Positions 41,301 to 55,202 of a stretch of 64,000 bases of DNA are shown in pieces; position 1 is the first letter of the stretch, and every line of letters begins with the position of its first letter. Origin of the DNA: Eledone cirrhosa (lineage: Eukaryota); the NCBI GenBank assembly GCA_964016885.1, contig OZ024740.1, forward strand, positions 113,336,001 through 113,400,000, in the 5' to 3' direction. The position numbers were made by a program, and so were the translations under genes. Under the pieces are notes generated by a model. It made no database searches. It was not told where the DNA came from and saw only the letters and a program-made list of their open reading frames with translations.

Positions 41301-44300
41301 GATAAGGCTAGTATAAGTTTTCCACAATTTAAAATAGTCGACTACACAGACCACAAATTTGTGATCTGTGAGATCGACATAGACAGACTTCATAGAAAAG
41401 GGCCTGGTTACTGGAAGCTGACCGCGTCTTTCCCGGCGCGCAAAGCCTACAGAGACCGGATTAGTGTATTAGTTAAGCGGGCGTTGACGGGAGCGGTCGT
41501 TAACAACAGGTGGTGGTTCGCCCTGGAAAGCGCAATTAAAGTAGAGTCGATTAGGTTTAGCAAAGGACTAGTGATAGAGGAAAATAGAGTAGAGGGAGAG
41601 CTAGTCAGAAAGCTAGAAAAGGCGTTTAGGACAGGCATCGCAACCGACGTGCTTGCGGCGAGATTGGCACTCGACCAATTCTTCAACGCAAAACACGAAG
41701 GCTGTGTTGTCAGAGCTAGAGCGCGTGCTCTGAAACACGAGGGGACAAAAGCCGTCCAATGGGCCCGGGTGGCAGAGGCGCGACGTGTCAACAAACCCAC
41801 AATTCGGTCTTTGTCTCACCAAAACGGGTGCGTGATGCTCGAACTCGAGCGGATGTGTGAAGCTTTTCAGCAGCACTTTGCTGAACTTTTCGGGAACAGC
41901 GGCGGCCCGGATCGGGGCATGGACTTCAGTCCATACCTCGACGGACTGCTTCGGCTCTCGACGACTGCAGCACAGTGTTGCGTAAAGCCAATAACAGCCG
42001 GTGAAATACGGGAAGCGATGGCTAACTGCACCAGGGGTAAATCGCCAGGTTTGGATGGTCTACCCAACGAGCTTTATGCATTTTTGCCAGACTTGTTCGG
42101 TGACCTCTTGGCTGACGTCTACTGCAACTGGCAGCAGAATGGGAGCATTCCCAGTTTTGTGAGCCGGAGAGCAGTGGCGCTGCGGAGAAAAGACCCGAAC
42201 AAGGGGGATGTTATCGAAAATTTCAGGCCCATAACCCTGCTAAACGCAGAGTTCAAGGTTTTGGCCAAGGTGTTAGGAACGAATTTGGCGCTTGTCGTCA
42301 AGGGTCTGGTGGGAGAGGCGCAGGCATGCGCCATTCCGGACAGATCTATACACGACAACCTCCACCTCATGCGATAAATCATAGAGAGGGTGGTTAAGGA
42401 ACCTGGCACGGATGGGGCCCTGATCAACTTGGATCAATCCAAAGCATTCGATAGGGTCGACCATCGGTACCTGGCGGCGGTTCTCGAGGCAGCTAGTTTC
42501 GGGCCCGTTTTCAGCAGTTGGATCGCAGCAATATACAGCGACATCTGTTCAGTTGTGAGGGTGAACGGTCACCTGTCACAGCCGTTCAGCATCATGCTTT
42601 CAGTCCGCCAGGGTTGTCCCCTCTCGTCCCTCTTGTACGTATTGGCTCTCGAGCCGTTACTGCACAAACTGGGAGCGATGAGGGGCGTCCCACACGACCT
42701 AGGATTACGAACAAGGAATACGAAGCGGTGACAAGAGCAAAGATAAACCAGGAAAAGTCGGTGGGCTTGCAGCTCGACACCTGGAGAGGCAAGTCCATGC
42801 CGTCCGACAGCACGTGGGGGTTTGACGGACGGAACGGTTAAATTGCTCGGTTTCTGGTTCGGACCGGACCTCCAGATGGAGAAAAACTGGAACGAGGTGA
42901 CGAGTAGGGTGGCCTCCCTCACCCAGAAATGGGCCGAGAGGAAGCTGGCCTTGAAAGGCCGGGCGGAGGTGGCGAATGCGTACATCGCATTCGTCATCTG
43001 CTACCGCCTCACCGTCGTCCCTTGCTCCAGCCCAACTCTCACCAAAATGGAGCGCCTCCTCTTCCGCTTTTCGTTGAAGGGACGCGCTCCCATGGTCAGA
43101 CGATGCATCTGCTGTAAACACCCGCTGCGTGGAGGACTGGGCATGCCATGGCTGATGATGCGCAAACATGCGCTGAGGCTGCGACATCTCTGGTGCTTCC
43201 TTGACGGTGAACAGGTGTGGTCGCCGTTCGCCAGGCACGTTTTCCCACAGCTCGTCTCCTTGACGGAGCTGCAGTCCTGGCTCAGAAAAAGACCGAGGGA
43301 TAGCGCTTGGAAACTGGAATGTCTCCAGGTGCTCACCGCCCTCTGCCAGCTGGGCACCAGTATCGGCGTATTATCCACCTCGGAGTTCTATAGAGGACTA
43401 GTGGAGGGGAAGAGTGACGACGTTCTTGGAGAGATCCTGGGCGTCGAAGAAGATCAGCTGTTTGCTCTCTTCCGGAGAACTTTCAGCCCAGGGCCTAAAT
43501 CCCTGGCCTGGCAGTGTTACCGGGGAGCGCTGCCGGTTCGAGATAAGCTCTACAGGCACGGAAATGCCGTCAGCCGAGTCTGTCCGATATGCGCGCAGAG
43601 CGACGAAACCGTCGTGCACGCACTCGTTCAGTGCCCGAGCATTGCTGACTTGTGGAGCTATGTCGAACAGTTGCTGTCGCGTGTGGGACAGATCCGGTTA
43701 TCGACTGAGTCCATTGTGCAGATGGTCACGCCGTCTTACTTCGAGGAAGAAGGGCAGGCGGTTTTCATCCGCCTGGTGGCCATGGCGAAAGAGATTGTGT
43801 GGTGGACAAGGTTAAAAGGGTTAAAGACAGACACCTTCCTCTTCGGCGAATCCCTAATTAACTTTTTCAAGTTTCACTTGAAGAGGAAAATCAAGGTGGA
43901 GAGGCAAGTGCTGCCTTCTAGCTAGATTGTTGAAAGGTGGTTGAATGTAGCGAGAATGGTCCGAGTGAACGGGACCGCTCTGAATATACGTCTGTAGTTT
44001 GAGAAATGGAAAAATTGAGAGAGAGCGCTTGCCCTGGTGGTTAGGGTGGCCTTGGTCTTTTGTGTGGTTTTCGCCACAAGTAACCCTCGGAGGTTTCCCC
44101 CCTATCGGGGAATTTTTCATTGTTTCAATTTTCATTTTTATTGTTTATATATATATATGTTTCTATGTCCTTTTTTTTTCTTTTCTTATATAAATAATAA
44201 AAACATTTACACGCACAAAATCCACATCGTACAGTCCTGTACCGTCCTGTGCCGTCTGTAATGTTTTAGTTGATGTCAGCCCTTCTGGCCAATAAAGAAA

Positions 44301-44302
44301 TC
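38329..44302 (+). mobile_element. Full-length Tx1-clade LINE (copy 3) in (ATT)n
   Basis: ORF1 about 38549-40650 (CYLCGSKGHLRAF). ORF2 about 40683-43997, disrupted, with a deletion over the YADD region near 42705. Ends GCCAATAAAGAAATC then (ATT)5. Confidence 0.92.
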
Positions 44303-44317
44303 ATTATTATTATTATT

Positions 44318-47300
44318 GAATGCCATGGTTGACGGAGGCTCGGCTTTGTAAAGTATTGTACATTTTAACCGCTATAACAATTGTAAATTGTTTAAAACTT
44401 TAACCAAACTGTAGACAAAAACACCCCCCTCCTCGTTAGAGGGGTCTTTCTGCCCGATAATTGGCCCTTCGGGGTTAAATAACCGCTTATTGGGGTTTTG
44501 TGCCCAATATTTATTTTAAACCAAAAAAAAACATGGCTACAAAAAATAATTCTCACAAGTCACTCGCACTCATTCCGTCTTCTTCTTCCTCAATGGTCAC
44601 TACACCAGAGAGAAGATTGTCTCTCTCCCCCCTTCTCTAAATGTGTCTCTCTCCCTCCCTTCTCTTTCGCAAGCGACGCCAGTAAAAAAAAATAGTTTCC
44701 AAAATCACGTGCAAAGCGTGCAAGATTTCTCCACGACGACGACGACAACGACGAAAAAGGTGTGCGGTAAATACTAAAACATATTTCATTCGTCTGACGT
44801 CATGAATAATAGTAGTAGCAGCCGTAATAACAGCAGCAGCAGCAACAGTCACAGGGAAAACAACAGTAGCAGCGGCAACAGCGCCAGCAGCAGCATAAAC
44901 AACAACAGCATTAGCAGCAACAGCAACAACAACAGCAGCAGCAGCAGCAACAACAACAACAACCACAGCAACAGCGGCGGCGGCATCGTAGTACCAGCAG
45001 CAACAACAAAAGTAACAGCAGCTCTGACGACGACAACAACAACAACAAAGAAAAATCAATCTCGTTTGCATGTATCGCAAAGAACCTGGAAACCATCCTT
45101 ATAACAAATGAGCAATTACAGGAAGCAAAGAAGATGGTGACGAAAACCGGACACCGAGCAATCTGCAAGGCAGCCGAAAAATCTTTCGAAACCCAACAGC
45201 ACTGTACGGTCACGTACCGTACAGTAAGCACAAAATCCCGTAGGGTTGAAAAGGCCACAGAGGCCCAAATACAAAAAGCCTTAGGGTCTGTGTGGCAGCG
45301 GAAAACGCATATCACCCGAGGCAAAAAATATGCCACCGTGGACGTGCTTTTTGCCACACTCCAGGAGGCAAAGGCTCAATCCTTAGTGACCCTAAGGAGC
45401 GAGGAAATGGTGTTGGTGCCCTCCTGCTGCGGACAAAAAGTTGTGACGGTCAAACTGACCCATGCCCCCCCCCCCCGGGACGGCCCCTTCTGGGCTGGCC
45501 GCGTCTGTCCTCGTCGGAATCGAGGACAAAACAACTGTACTGCAAGTACAGAAAAGAGTAAGATAAGATTAGGTCGGCACCTCCATTGAGATGTTAATCC
45601 AAACCAACCAGGAGTGCATCGAAGCTATCCTGGATGTGATAGACTTCGATAACGGCACTCAACTGCCCATAAGTGTTGAGCGCAAACGCCCGAAATGCTT
45701 TCGCTGTGGATCGAAGACTCACCTCAGGGTCTTCTGCAACGAGAAAACCCAGAGAAAGGAGAAAACCCCCCTCCTTCCGAAACTGGCTCCACTGCTACCA
45801 GCAACAGGACAAACGGCAACCAGGAACGATAGGTCCGTGACACCCATACCCACGCCACGGAAATCAAAATCAGCAGCAGCAGTGGAAGTATTAACAACAA
45901 CAACAGCAATATCCAACTGCAGCTGCAACAGAGACTCCACTGCAAACATCACCAACAACAATAAGTGAAAGAGTGGAGCTGGTATCCCTCCCCGATCTCA
46001 CAGAATCGGACATGGAGTGTGAGGTGGGAGAGGGATGTCAAAAGGTCACAAGTAGGCACAAACGCAGAAGCAGCGCATCGTCGCCTTCGAAAAGGGAGGA
46101 AAGAAACGAAAAAAGGGTAAAGGCTACTGCAAAAAGATTTACAGCAGCAACACCAGCAACACCATCACCACCCATACTAGCACCACCATCACCACCGGCG
46201 GCAACCCCACCGCCAACAACAACAACACCTTCAACACCACCACCACAAGCACCAACATCGCAAACACAACAAAACACACACACCCAGCAACAACGACAAG
46301 AAAATAGCAGAACCACACCCCACCCCCAGAAAAAACAAATGCACAGCAATAAATACACACAAGAAATTAATGACTTACATAATTGAACACACACACATTT
46401 CACAGCATGACTACATAATACCAGCACCAATCAAAACACCAACGAATATAAGACTGTTAAAAATAGTACAGAAACAATACACAAACATTAAAACGAAATT
46501 CCCCAACGTAGTTGGTGATTTCAGAGACCTAAGAGGGACACTCAACCGGAGGGTATATTCGGATATATTCACAGAAGAGCCGACGACCAGCCGAAGGGGC
46601 GATTCAACGGTCCCTTCACCAGACGATCAAGTGAAAAGGGATGGTGAAAACATCCTTCCTCTGCGAGAAGAAGTAAGGTAAGTGGTCTTTCCCATCTTTT
46701 CCACTCCAATTCAACATGACCTCACTCAGAATAGGCAGCATAAATGCGCGTGGCTTGGGGTCGTCATGAAAGCAGGGCCACCTGCTCAACGACCTCAGGT
46801 CACTAAATATAGATGTAGTGGTCATCAGCGAGACCAGAATCTCCGAAGCACGGGCCTTTGCACCGATCTTCGGCGGCTACGATGTGTACGCATTTCCCAG
46901 CCGTCCGGGATCGGGGGAGGAGTTGCTGTGCTTTTTCGGAGAGGTTTGGATCTCGCCATACGGGCCATCTTCCTGAACCCAGAAGGTAAGTTGGTGGTGC
47001 AGGACGTGACCAGCGGAGACGGGCAAGCTTTCAGGCTAGTGGCCATCTATGCCCCGACAGGAGCAGGGCGGCCTGATTTCTTCCGGCGTCTGGAGACATT
47101 TCTAGGAACGTCCCGCAATTTAGTGTCAGTGGGCGACTGGAAAAGGGTCTTAGATGCACGATGGGACTGTGTGGGATTAGCGGATAGTGGAGGAGGTTGC
47201 AAGAGCCTCACCAACCTGCTCAGGCGTTTTGAACTGTCTGACAGGTACCTATTGGATTTCCAGAGTGTGCCAATGTGGACTTGGACAAATCGCATAGCTC

Positions 47301-50300
47301 ATCCAGATCATATCTAGATAGAGTATTTTGTAGGGAAATAGATAGGTCTAGCATAAGCTGTCCACAATTCAAGATAGTCAGCTACACGGACCACAAATTC
47401 GTGATCTGTGTGCTTGACTTAGATAGGCTTCATAGACGAGGACCCGGCTACTGGAAGCTAAACGCTTTCTTACCAGCGCGCAAGGCCTACAGAGAACGGA
47501 TTAACGAACTAGTTAAGCGAGCGTTGACGGGGGCCATCGTCAACAACAAGTGGTGGTTTGCTCTGAAAAGAGCGATTAGAATAGTGTCCATTAGGTTTAG
47601 TAAGGCTTTAGCTATAGAGAAAAATAGAGCAGAGGGAGAACTAGTTAGAAAATTAGACGAGGCGCTTAGCAAAGGCATCGCGACCGACGTACTTGCGGCG
47701 AAATTGGCCCTTGACCAATTATTCAATGCAAAGCACGAAGGCTGCGTTGTCAGAGCTACGGTGCGTGCTCTGACACGAGGGGACGAAAGCCGTTCAATGA
47801 GCCCGAGTGGCGGAGGCGCGTAGTGGCAACAAAGCCACGATCCGGTCCTTGGTGGACCACGACGGGCACATGCTATTCGATCCCGGGCAAATGTGTGAAG
47901 CTTTTCAGCGACACTTCGCACAGATGTTCGGGGGCAGTGGCGGGCCAGATGGACTTTAGTGTCTACCTCGACAGACTGCCGCAGCTCTCGGCCACTGAGG
48001 CGGAGTGTTGCCAAAAGCCGCTGAAGTACGGGAGGCAATGACTGGCTGCACAAGGGGTAAATCGCCTAGTGTGGATGGTCTGCCCTATGAACTTTACGTA
48101 CAAATGCCAGACTTGTTCGGAGGCCTCTGGGCGGACGTCTATTGCAACTTGCATCAGAACGGGAGAATTCCCAGCTCTGTGTGCCGAGGAGCGGTGGCAT
48201 GTCTGAGAAAGGATCCGAACAAGGGGGATAACATAGATAATTTCAGGCCCATAACTCTGCTAAACACAGAGTTCAAGATTTAGCCAAGGTGCTAGCAAAG
48301 AGGTTGGCGCTTGTCGTTGGTGGTCTGGTGGGAGAGGCGCAAACATGCGCCATTCCCGACAGATCCATCCACGATAACCTCCAACTCATGCGATACATCG
48401 TAGAGAGGGTAGCTAGGGAGCTTGGAACGGGTGGGTCCTTGATCAATTTAGATCAGTCGAAAGCTTTCGATAGGGTCGACCATCGTTACCTAGCCGCAGT
48501 CCTGAGGGCGGCTGGCTTTGGGCCTGTTTCAGAGGCTGGATCGCTGCCATGCACAGCGACATCTGCTCTGTGGTGAGAGTGAACGGTCACCTGTCGGAAC
48601 CGTTGAACATCATGCGCTCGGTCCGCCAAGGATGTGCCCTCTCGTCCCTCTTGTACGTATTGACTCTCGAGCCATTACTGCACAAACTGGAGACGTAGGT
48701 GGGTGCCGCGAGAACTAGGATGCGGAAGATCCGTGTCAGCATATGCAGCCGATGTCACCGTAGTGGTGTAGAACGCCAAACACATCGAGGCGATCGGCAC
48801 TACACTAAGAGAAACCGAAGCGGTGACAGGAGCAATGATCAACCAGGAAAAGTCAGTGGGCCTGCAGCTCGGCACCTGGAGAGGCAGTTCCATGCCGTCC
48901 AACAGCGTCGTCGGGCGCTGGATGGACGGGCCAGTTAAATTGCTAGGGGTCTGGTTTGGTCCGGATCTCCAGACGGACAAAAACTGGGACGAGGTGACGA
49001 GCAGGGTGGCTTCTCGTACCCAGAAATGGGCTGAGAGGAAGCTATCCCTGAAAGGTCGAGCGGAGGTGGCTAACGCGTATATCGCGTCCGTCATCTAATA
49101 CCGCCTGACCGTCGTACCTTGTCTTAAGCCCCACCTGACTGCGCTGGATCGTTTGCTCTTTCGCTTTTTGTGGAAGGGACGCGCTCCGATGGTCAGGCGG
49201 TCCATCTGCTGTCAACACCCGCTACGTGGAGGGCTGGGAATGCCGTGGCCGATGATGCGCAGACACGCGCTCAGGCTACGACATCTCCACCTCTTCCTCG
49301 ACGGTGATCAGGTGTGGTCTCAATTTGCTAGACGCGTCTTTCCCAAGCTCGTCTCATTGACGGAGCTGCAGTCCTGGGTCAAGCGAAGACCGAGCGGGAG
49401 CCCTTGGAGACTGGAATGTCTTCAGGCGGTCACAGCCCTCGACCAATCGGGCAATGTGATCGGTGGAAACTCCACCTTGGCGTTCTATAGAGGATTAGTG
49501 GAGGGGAAGAGCGACGACGTACTTGGGGAAACTCTAGGCGTCGACGAAAATCAACTAGCCAATCTCTTCGGAAGAACTTTCGGGCCGGGGCCTATGGAAA
49601 CATCCAGAAATCCCTGGCCTGGCAGTGCTACCGAGGAGTTTGTCAGTTCGGGATAAACCCTACAGGCATGGAGGTGCCGTCATCCGGGCATGTCCAAGAT
49701 GCGCGCAGGGCGACGAAACCGTCCTGCACGCACTCGTCCAGTGTCCGAGCATTGCTTACTTGTGTTTTTATGTCGAACACCTGCTGTCGCGTGTAGGACA
49801 GATCCAGCTATCAGCTGAGTTCATAGTGAGAATTGTCCCGCCCTCTTCCTTTAGCCGGGAAGGGCAAGCAGTTTTTATCTGTCTGGTGGCTACGGCGAAA
49901 GAGATAGTATGGTGGACACGTTTGAAAGGGATGAAGACGAGCACTTACCTCTTCGGTGATGCTCTGATTAACTTTTTCAAATTTCATTTAAAAAGGTATA
50001 TCAGGGTAGAAAGGGAAGTGCTCTCTTCCCAGCATTTTGTTGAAAGATGGGAAGAGAGGCAAGAATGGTCCGAGTGAATGAGCTTACTCTGAGTATGTGT
50101 CTGTAAATTAAAGGTGGTAACAGGGAGAGGGCACTTGCCCTGGTGGTCAGGGTCACTGTGGCTTTTTCCTGGGCTTTCTCCACGAATGTCGCTCGGAAGT
50201 CTCCCCCCTATTGGGGAATTTTTTCATTGTTCTATTATTACATCCTCTGTTTCTTGTTTTTTACACGCAGAAATGCCCATTTGAACCGTCCTGTATTGTC

Positions 50301-50355
50301 CTGTACCGTCCTTAATGTCTACTTTATGTAGACCCTTGTGGTTAATAAAGAAAGC
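44318..50355 (+). mobile_element. Full-length Tx1-clade LINE (copy 4), head-to-tail after copy 3
   Basis: ORF1 about 44533-46681 (CFRCGSKTHLRVFC). ORF2 about 46716-50106, disrupted and close to copy 2. Ends GTTAATAAAGAAAGC then ATT repeats. Confidence 0.92.
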
Positions 50356-50367
50356 ATTATTATTATT

Positions 50368-52355
50368 ATCATAGAGAGGGTGGTTAAGGAACCTGGCAAG
50401 GGTGGGGCCCTGATCAACTTGGATCAATCCAAAGCATTCGATAGGGTCGACCGTCGGTACCTGGCGGCGGTCCTCGAGGCAGCCGGTTTCGGGCCCGTTT
50501 TCAGGCGTTGGATCGCAGCAATGTACAGCGACATCTGCTCAGTTGTGAGGGTGAACGGTCACCTGTCGCAGCCGTTCAGCATCATGCGCTCAGTCCGCCA
50601 GGGTTGTCCCCTCTCGTCCGTCTTATACGTATTGGTTCTTGAGCCGTTACTGCACAAACTGGGGGCGATTAGGGGCGTCCCACGCGAACTAGGATGCGGG
50701 AAATCCGAGTCGGCTTACGCTGTCGACGTCACCGTGGTGGTGTCGAGCACCAGACACGTCCAGATGCTCGGCACCGCTCTCAAGGAATATGAAACGGTGA
50801 CAGGAGCAAAGATAAACCAGGAAATGTCGGTGGGCTTGCAGCTAGGCACCTGGAGAGGCAAGTCCAAGCCGTCCGACAGCGTCGTGGGGCGTTGGACGGA
50901 CGGACCGGTTAAATTGCTCAGGGTCTGGTTCGGACAGGACCTCCTGATGGAGAAAAACTGGAACGAGGTGACGAGCAGGGTGGCCTCCCTCACCCAGAAA
51001 TGGGCTAAGAGGAAGCTGTCCCTGAAAGGCCGGGCGGAAGTGGCGAATGCGTACATCGCATCCGTCATCTGCTACCGCCTCACCGTAGTCCCTTGCTCCA
51101 GCCCAACTCTCACCAAAATGGAGCGCCTCCTCTTCCGCTTTTTGTGTATGGGACACGCTCCCATGTTCAGACGATCCATCTGCTGTCAACACCCGTTGCG
51201 TGGAGGACTGGGCATGCCATGGCTGATGATGCGCAAACATGCGCTGAGGCTGCGACATCTCTGGTGCTTCCTTGATGGTGAACGGGTGTGGTCGCCGTTC
51301 GCCAGGCACATTTTCCCACAGCTCGTCTCCTTGACGGAGCTGCAGTCCTGGGTCAGAAAAAGACCGAGGGATAGTGCTTGGAAACTGGAATGTCTCCAGG
51401 CGCTCACTGCCCTCTCCCAGTTGTGCACCAGTATCGGTGGAACATCCACCTCGGCGTTCTATAGAGGACTAGTGGAGGGGAAGAGCGACGACGTTCTCGG
51501 AGAGATCCTGGGCGTCGAAGAAGATAAGCTGCTTGCTCTCTTTCGGAAAACTTCCAGCCCAGGGCCTATGGATAACTTCCAAAAATACCTGGCCTGGCAG
51601 TGTTACCGGGGAGCGCTCCCGGTTCGAGATAAGCTCTACAGGCACAGAAGTGCCGTCAGCCGAGCCTGTCCGAGATGCGCGCATAGCGACGAAACCGTTG
51701 TGCACGCACTCGTTCAGTGCCCGAGCATTGCTGACTTGTGGAGCTATGTCGAACAGTTGCTGTCACGTGTGGGACTGATCCGGTTGTCGACTGAGTCCAT
51801 TGTGCAGATGGTCTCGCCGTCTTCCTTTGAGGAGGAAGGGCAGGCGGTTTTCATCTGCCTGGTGGCCATGGCGAAAGAGATTGTGTGGTGGACAAGGTTA
51901 AAAGGATTAAAGAGAAACACTTTCCTCTTCGGCGAATCCCGGATTAACTTTTTCAAGTTTCACTTGAAGAGGAAAATCAGGGTGGAGAGGCAAGTGCTGC
52001 TTTCTAGCAAGTTTGTTGAAAGGTGGGTGAATGTAGCGAGAATGGTCCGAGTGAACAGGACCACTCTGAATATATGTCAGTAGTTTGAGAGATGGCGCTT
52101 GCCCTGGTAGTCAGGGTGGCCGTGGTCTTTTGTGTGGTTTTCGCCACGAGTAACCCTCGGAGGTTTCCCTCCTATTGGGGAATTTTTCATTGTTTCAATT
52201 TTTATTTTATTGTTTATATATATATATATGTTTTATGTCTTTTTTCTTTTCTTATATAAACAATAAAAATATTTACACGCACAAAACCCACATCGTACCG
52301 TCCTGTTCCGTCTGTGATGTTTTTCTTGATGTCAGCCCTTGGGCCAATAAAGAAA

Positions 52356-52357
<2 letters not shown>
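50368..52357 (+). mobile_element. 5'-truncated Tx1-clade LINE (copy 5), same subfamily as copy 3
   Basis: Open frame from inside RT (DQSKAFDRV, RQGCPLS, mutated YAVD) to 52083; 3' UTR like copy 3; long (ATT)n at 52358-52436. Confidence 0.92.
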
Positions 52358-52430
<73 letters not shown>

Positions 52431-52436
52431 TTATTA

Positions 52437-53062
52437 CAGTTGCATTTATCTTGCTTTATGTTCATACGAGTTATCACCAAGTCACAACCAGTGACCTCAA
52501 GAGACAACAAGGTCCGCCATGTTCAAGAAAGAACATACATACTCACACATGCATCTTTAGTGTTTAGACTTGTGATGTACTTATATTGACAGAATCTTCC
52601 TTAGTATATGGGCAGTTCCCATTAGTACTATCTTTTGTATTTCTTCTATACGCGGGTTTCCTGGGATTTGCGATAAGTAGTCATTAGACCCCTTAGGTAT
52701 CATTCCCAGAGCGCCTACAACCACTGGTATTGTTTTAGTTCTCAATTTCCACATTTTTCAAATTTCTATCTCCAGGTCCTTATACTGGCTCAATTTTTCA
52801 AATGTTTTTATAGATAAATTCTTGTCTATTGGAACAGACATATCAATTAGCAGGCATACCCTCTTTTTAAAGTCCTTCGATATTATATCAGGTCTATTTG
52901 CATCTATTTTTCGGTCTGTTTGGATGCTAAAGTTCCACAAGATTGAGATGTGATCTTTTTCAAGTATGGGTGGTCGTTGATGCTCCCACCAATTCTTTTG
53001 ATGGGGCAGGTCAAAATGCTTACACATTATCCAATGTATGTATTGTGCAGCTCTGTCATGCC
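52437..53062 (-). mobile_element. 5'-truncated Dong/R4 copy (RLE + 3' UTR) of a family distinct from A, probably B
   Basis: RHDRAAQYIHW...NRPDII..D..K...KLSQYKDLEIEI...IPVVVGALG; TAA repeats on both sides. Confidence 0.88.
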
Positions 53063-53126
<64 letters not shown>

Positions 53127-53136
53127 CGTTATTATT

Positions 53137-53262
53137 AAAATCAAAATAAGAAGAATAAATTGAATTTAGAATAGCAGATGTCTATACAACATAGTTTGCT
53201 TTTCTTCTTCTAATATATAAGGAACAATTTAATTCCCGAGCAACACCGGGTGCCACTGCTAG
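53137..53262 (+). mobile_element. Helitron 3' terminus
   Basis: Hairpin CCCGAGCAACACCGGG (53235-53250), CTAG at 53259-53262, followed by T. Confidence 0.8.
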
Positions 53263-53329
53263 TTTTCTTATAAATTCTTTATAAGGACGAATGCTATAAT
53301 TCAGTGCCCGTGCATTACATATTGTTTCA

Positions 53330-54067
<738 letters not shown>

Positions 54068-54299
54068 GTGCCCAAATTTCTACCATCACTAAAACTGCCA
54101 AAATCCTTGAGCCTCTGAGATGAAGGACTCTTCTGAGTCCAATTAACGCTTCACGAAGCAACTGATTACTAAAAGATCTCACAAAAAACAACTTATCATT
54201 ATTGTTGTTGTTGTTCAGTCTCTGGAGACGTGTTACAGATCGGTGGAATAAGTTCATTGTTTGTTAATGCGTTTTAAACATTTTTGTATGAAGATTATA

Positions 54300-54806
54300 T
54301 ATCGATTTGAAGCTAAACTCCACTAACACCACGACCGTCAACACAACGACATCTACGACAACCAGCACAACCGACACTACAAAGATTTACCACAACTAGA
54401 AAATATACCCAACAACAGCAAGCAACAACACGGAAACTTCGTGCTACTGAGGAGGGCCAACGAAGAATTGATGGCCCTCATTGTCCGAAATGAGGATATT
54501 GGGAGGCCACTTTTGGCTCCTTCATGTTTAAAGTACCACAGAATGTAATGATGGAGTGTGCGTATGTCTCTTGAGACATGCAAAACGATTAGACAGTGCT
54601 TTCCCTACAACATGGAAACCACTAATGTAAAAGCCACCGCTAGGCCTTTGAAGGGATTTCCAAAGGAAGCCCAACTAAATTTAGGTAGTCGAACCATCCG
54701 ACCTCCAAAAGCACCGGAAGGGTAATAGTTCTCTTTTCAGTTAACATGGGCATTTTAAGAGTAGGGTGCGTAAGGGTACGTGGCCTGTGGTCGTCATGGA
54801 AGCAAA
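54300..54806 (+). mobile_element. Old Tx1 remnant: end of ORF1 and first codons of ORF2
   Basis: ttaacATGggcattttaagagtagggtgc...ggcctgtggtcgtcatggaagcaa = MGILRVGCVRVRGLWSSWKQ, matching the ORF2 starts. Left boundary uncertain. Confidence 0.65.
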
Positions 54807-55065
54807 CACTGTTTCCATATTATAGTAGCAATGCAATGAGATTATTTCCCAAGGAAAGAAAGAGTTTTAAATTTCATATTATTAATGATCATGGTTAAAA
54901 CCATCTCCTTCTTCTTAATATTGACACTCCGTTTGGTACCTTATTGATTGCACTTTAAGTTACACAAATGGCAGAGTGCTTTACGTCTGTTTGCGACTAA
55001 AGTCGATAGCTTATGTGATTAAGCAACTTTTCTTTACTTGAATAATAATAATAATAATAATAATG

Positions 55066-55092
<27 letters not shown>

Positions 55093-55113
<21 letters not shown>

Positions 55114-55167
55114 TCACTGGTTGTGACTTGGTGATAACTCGTATAAACATAAAGCAAGATAAATGCA

Positions 55168-55168
<1 letters not shown>
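55093..55168 (+). mobile_element. Extremely 5'-truncated Dong/R4 copy (terminal ~75 nt) within (TAA)n
   Basis: Matches the reverse complement of 52440-52495; flanked by (AAT)n at 55041-55092 and 55169-55202. Confidence 0.85.

Positions 55169-55202
<34 letters not shown>

Noticed and set aside
50338-50367. N-terminus MVNKESIIIIII of the 581-aa ORF
   Set aside because: Read-through from the copy 4 tail and ATT spacer into truncated copy 5.
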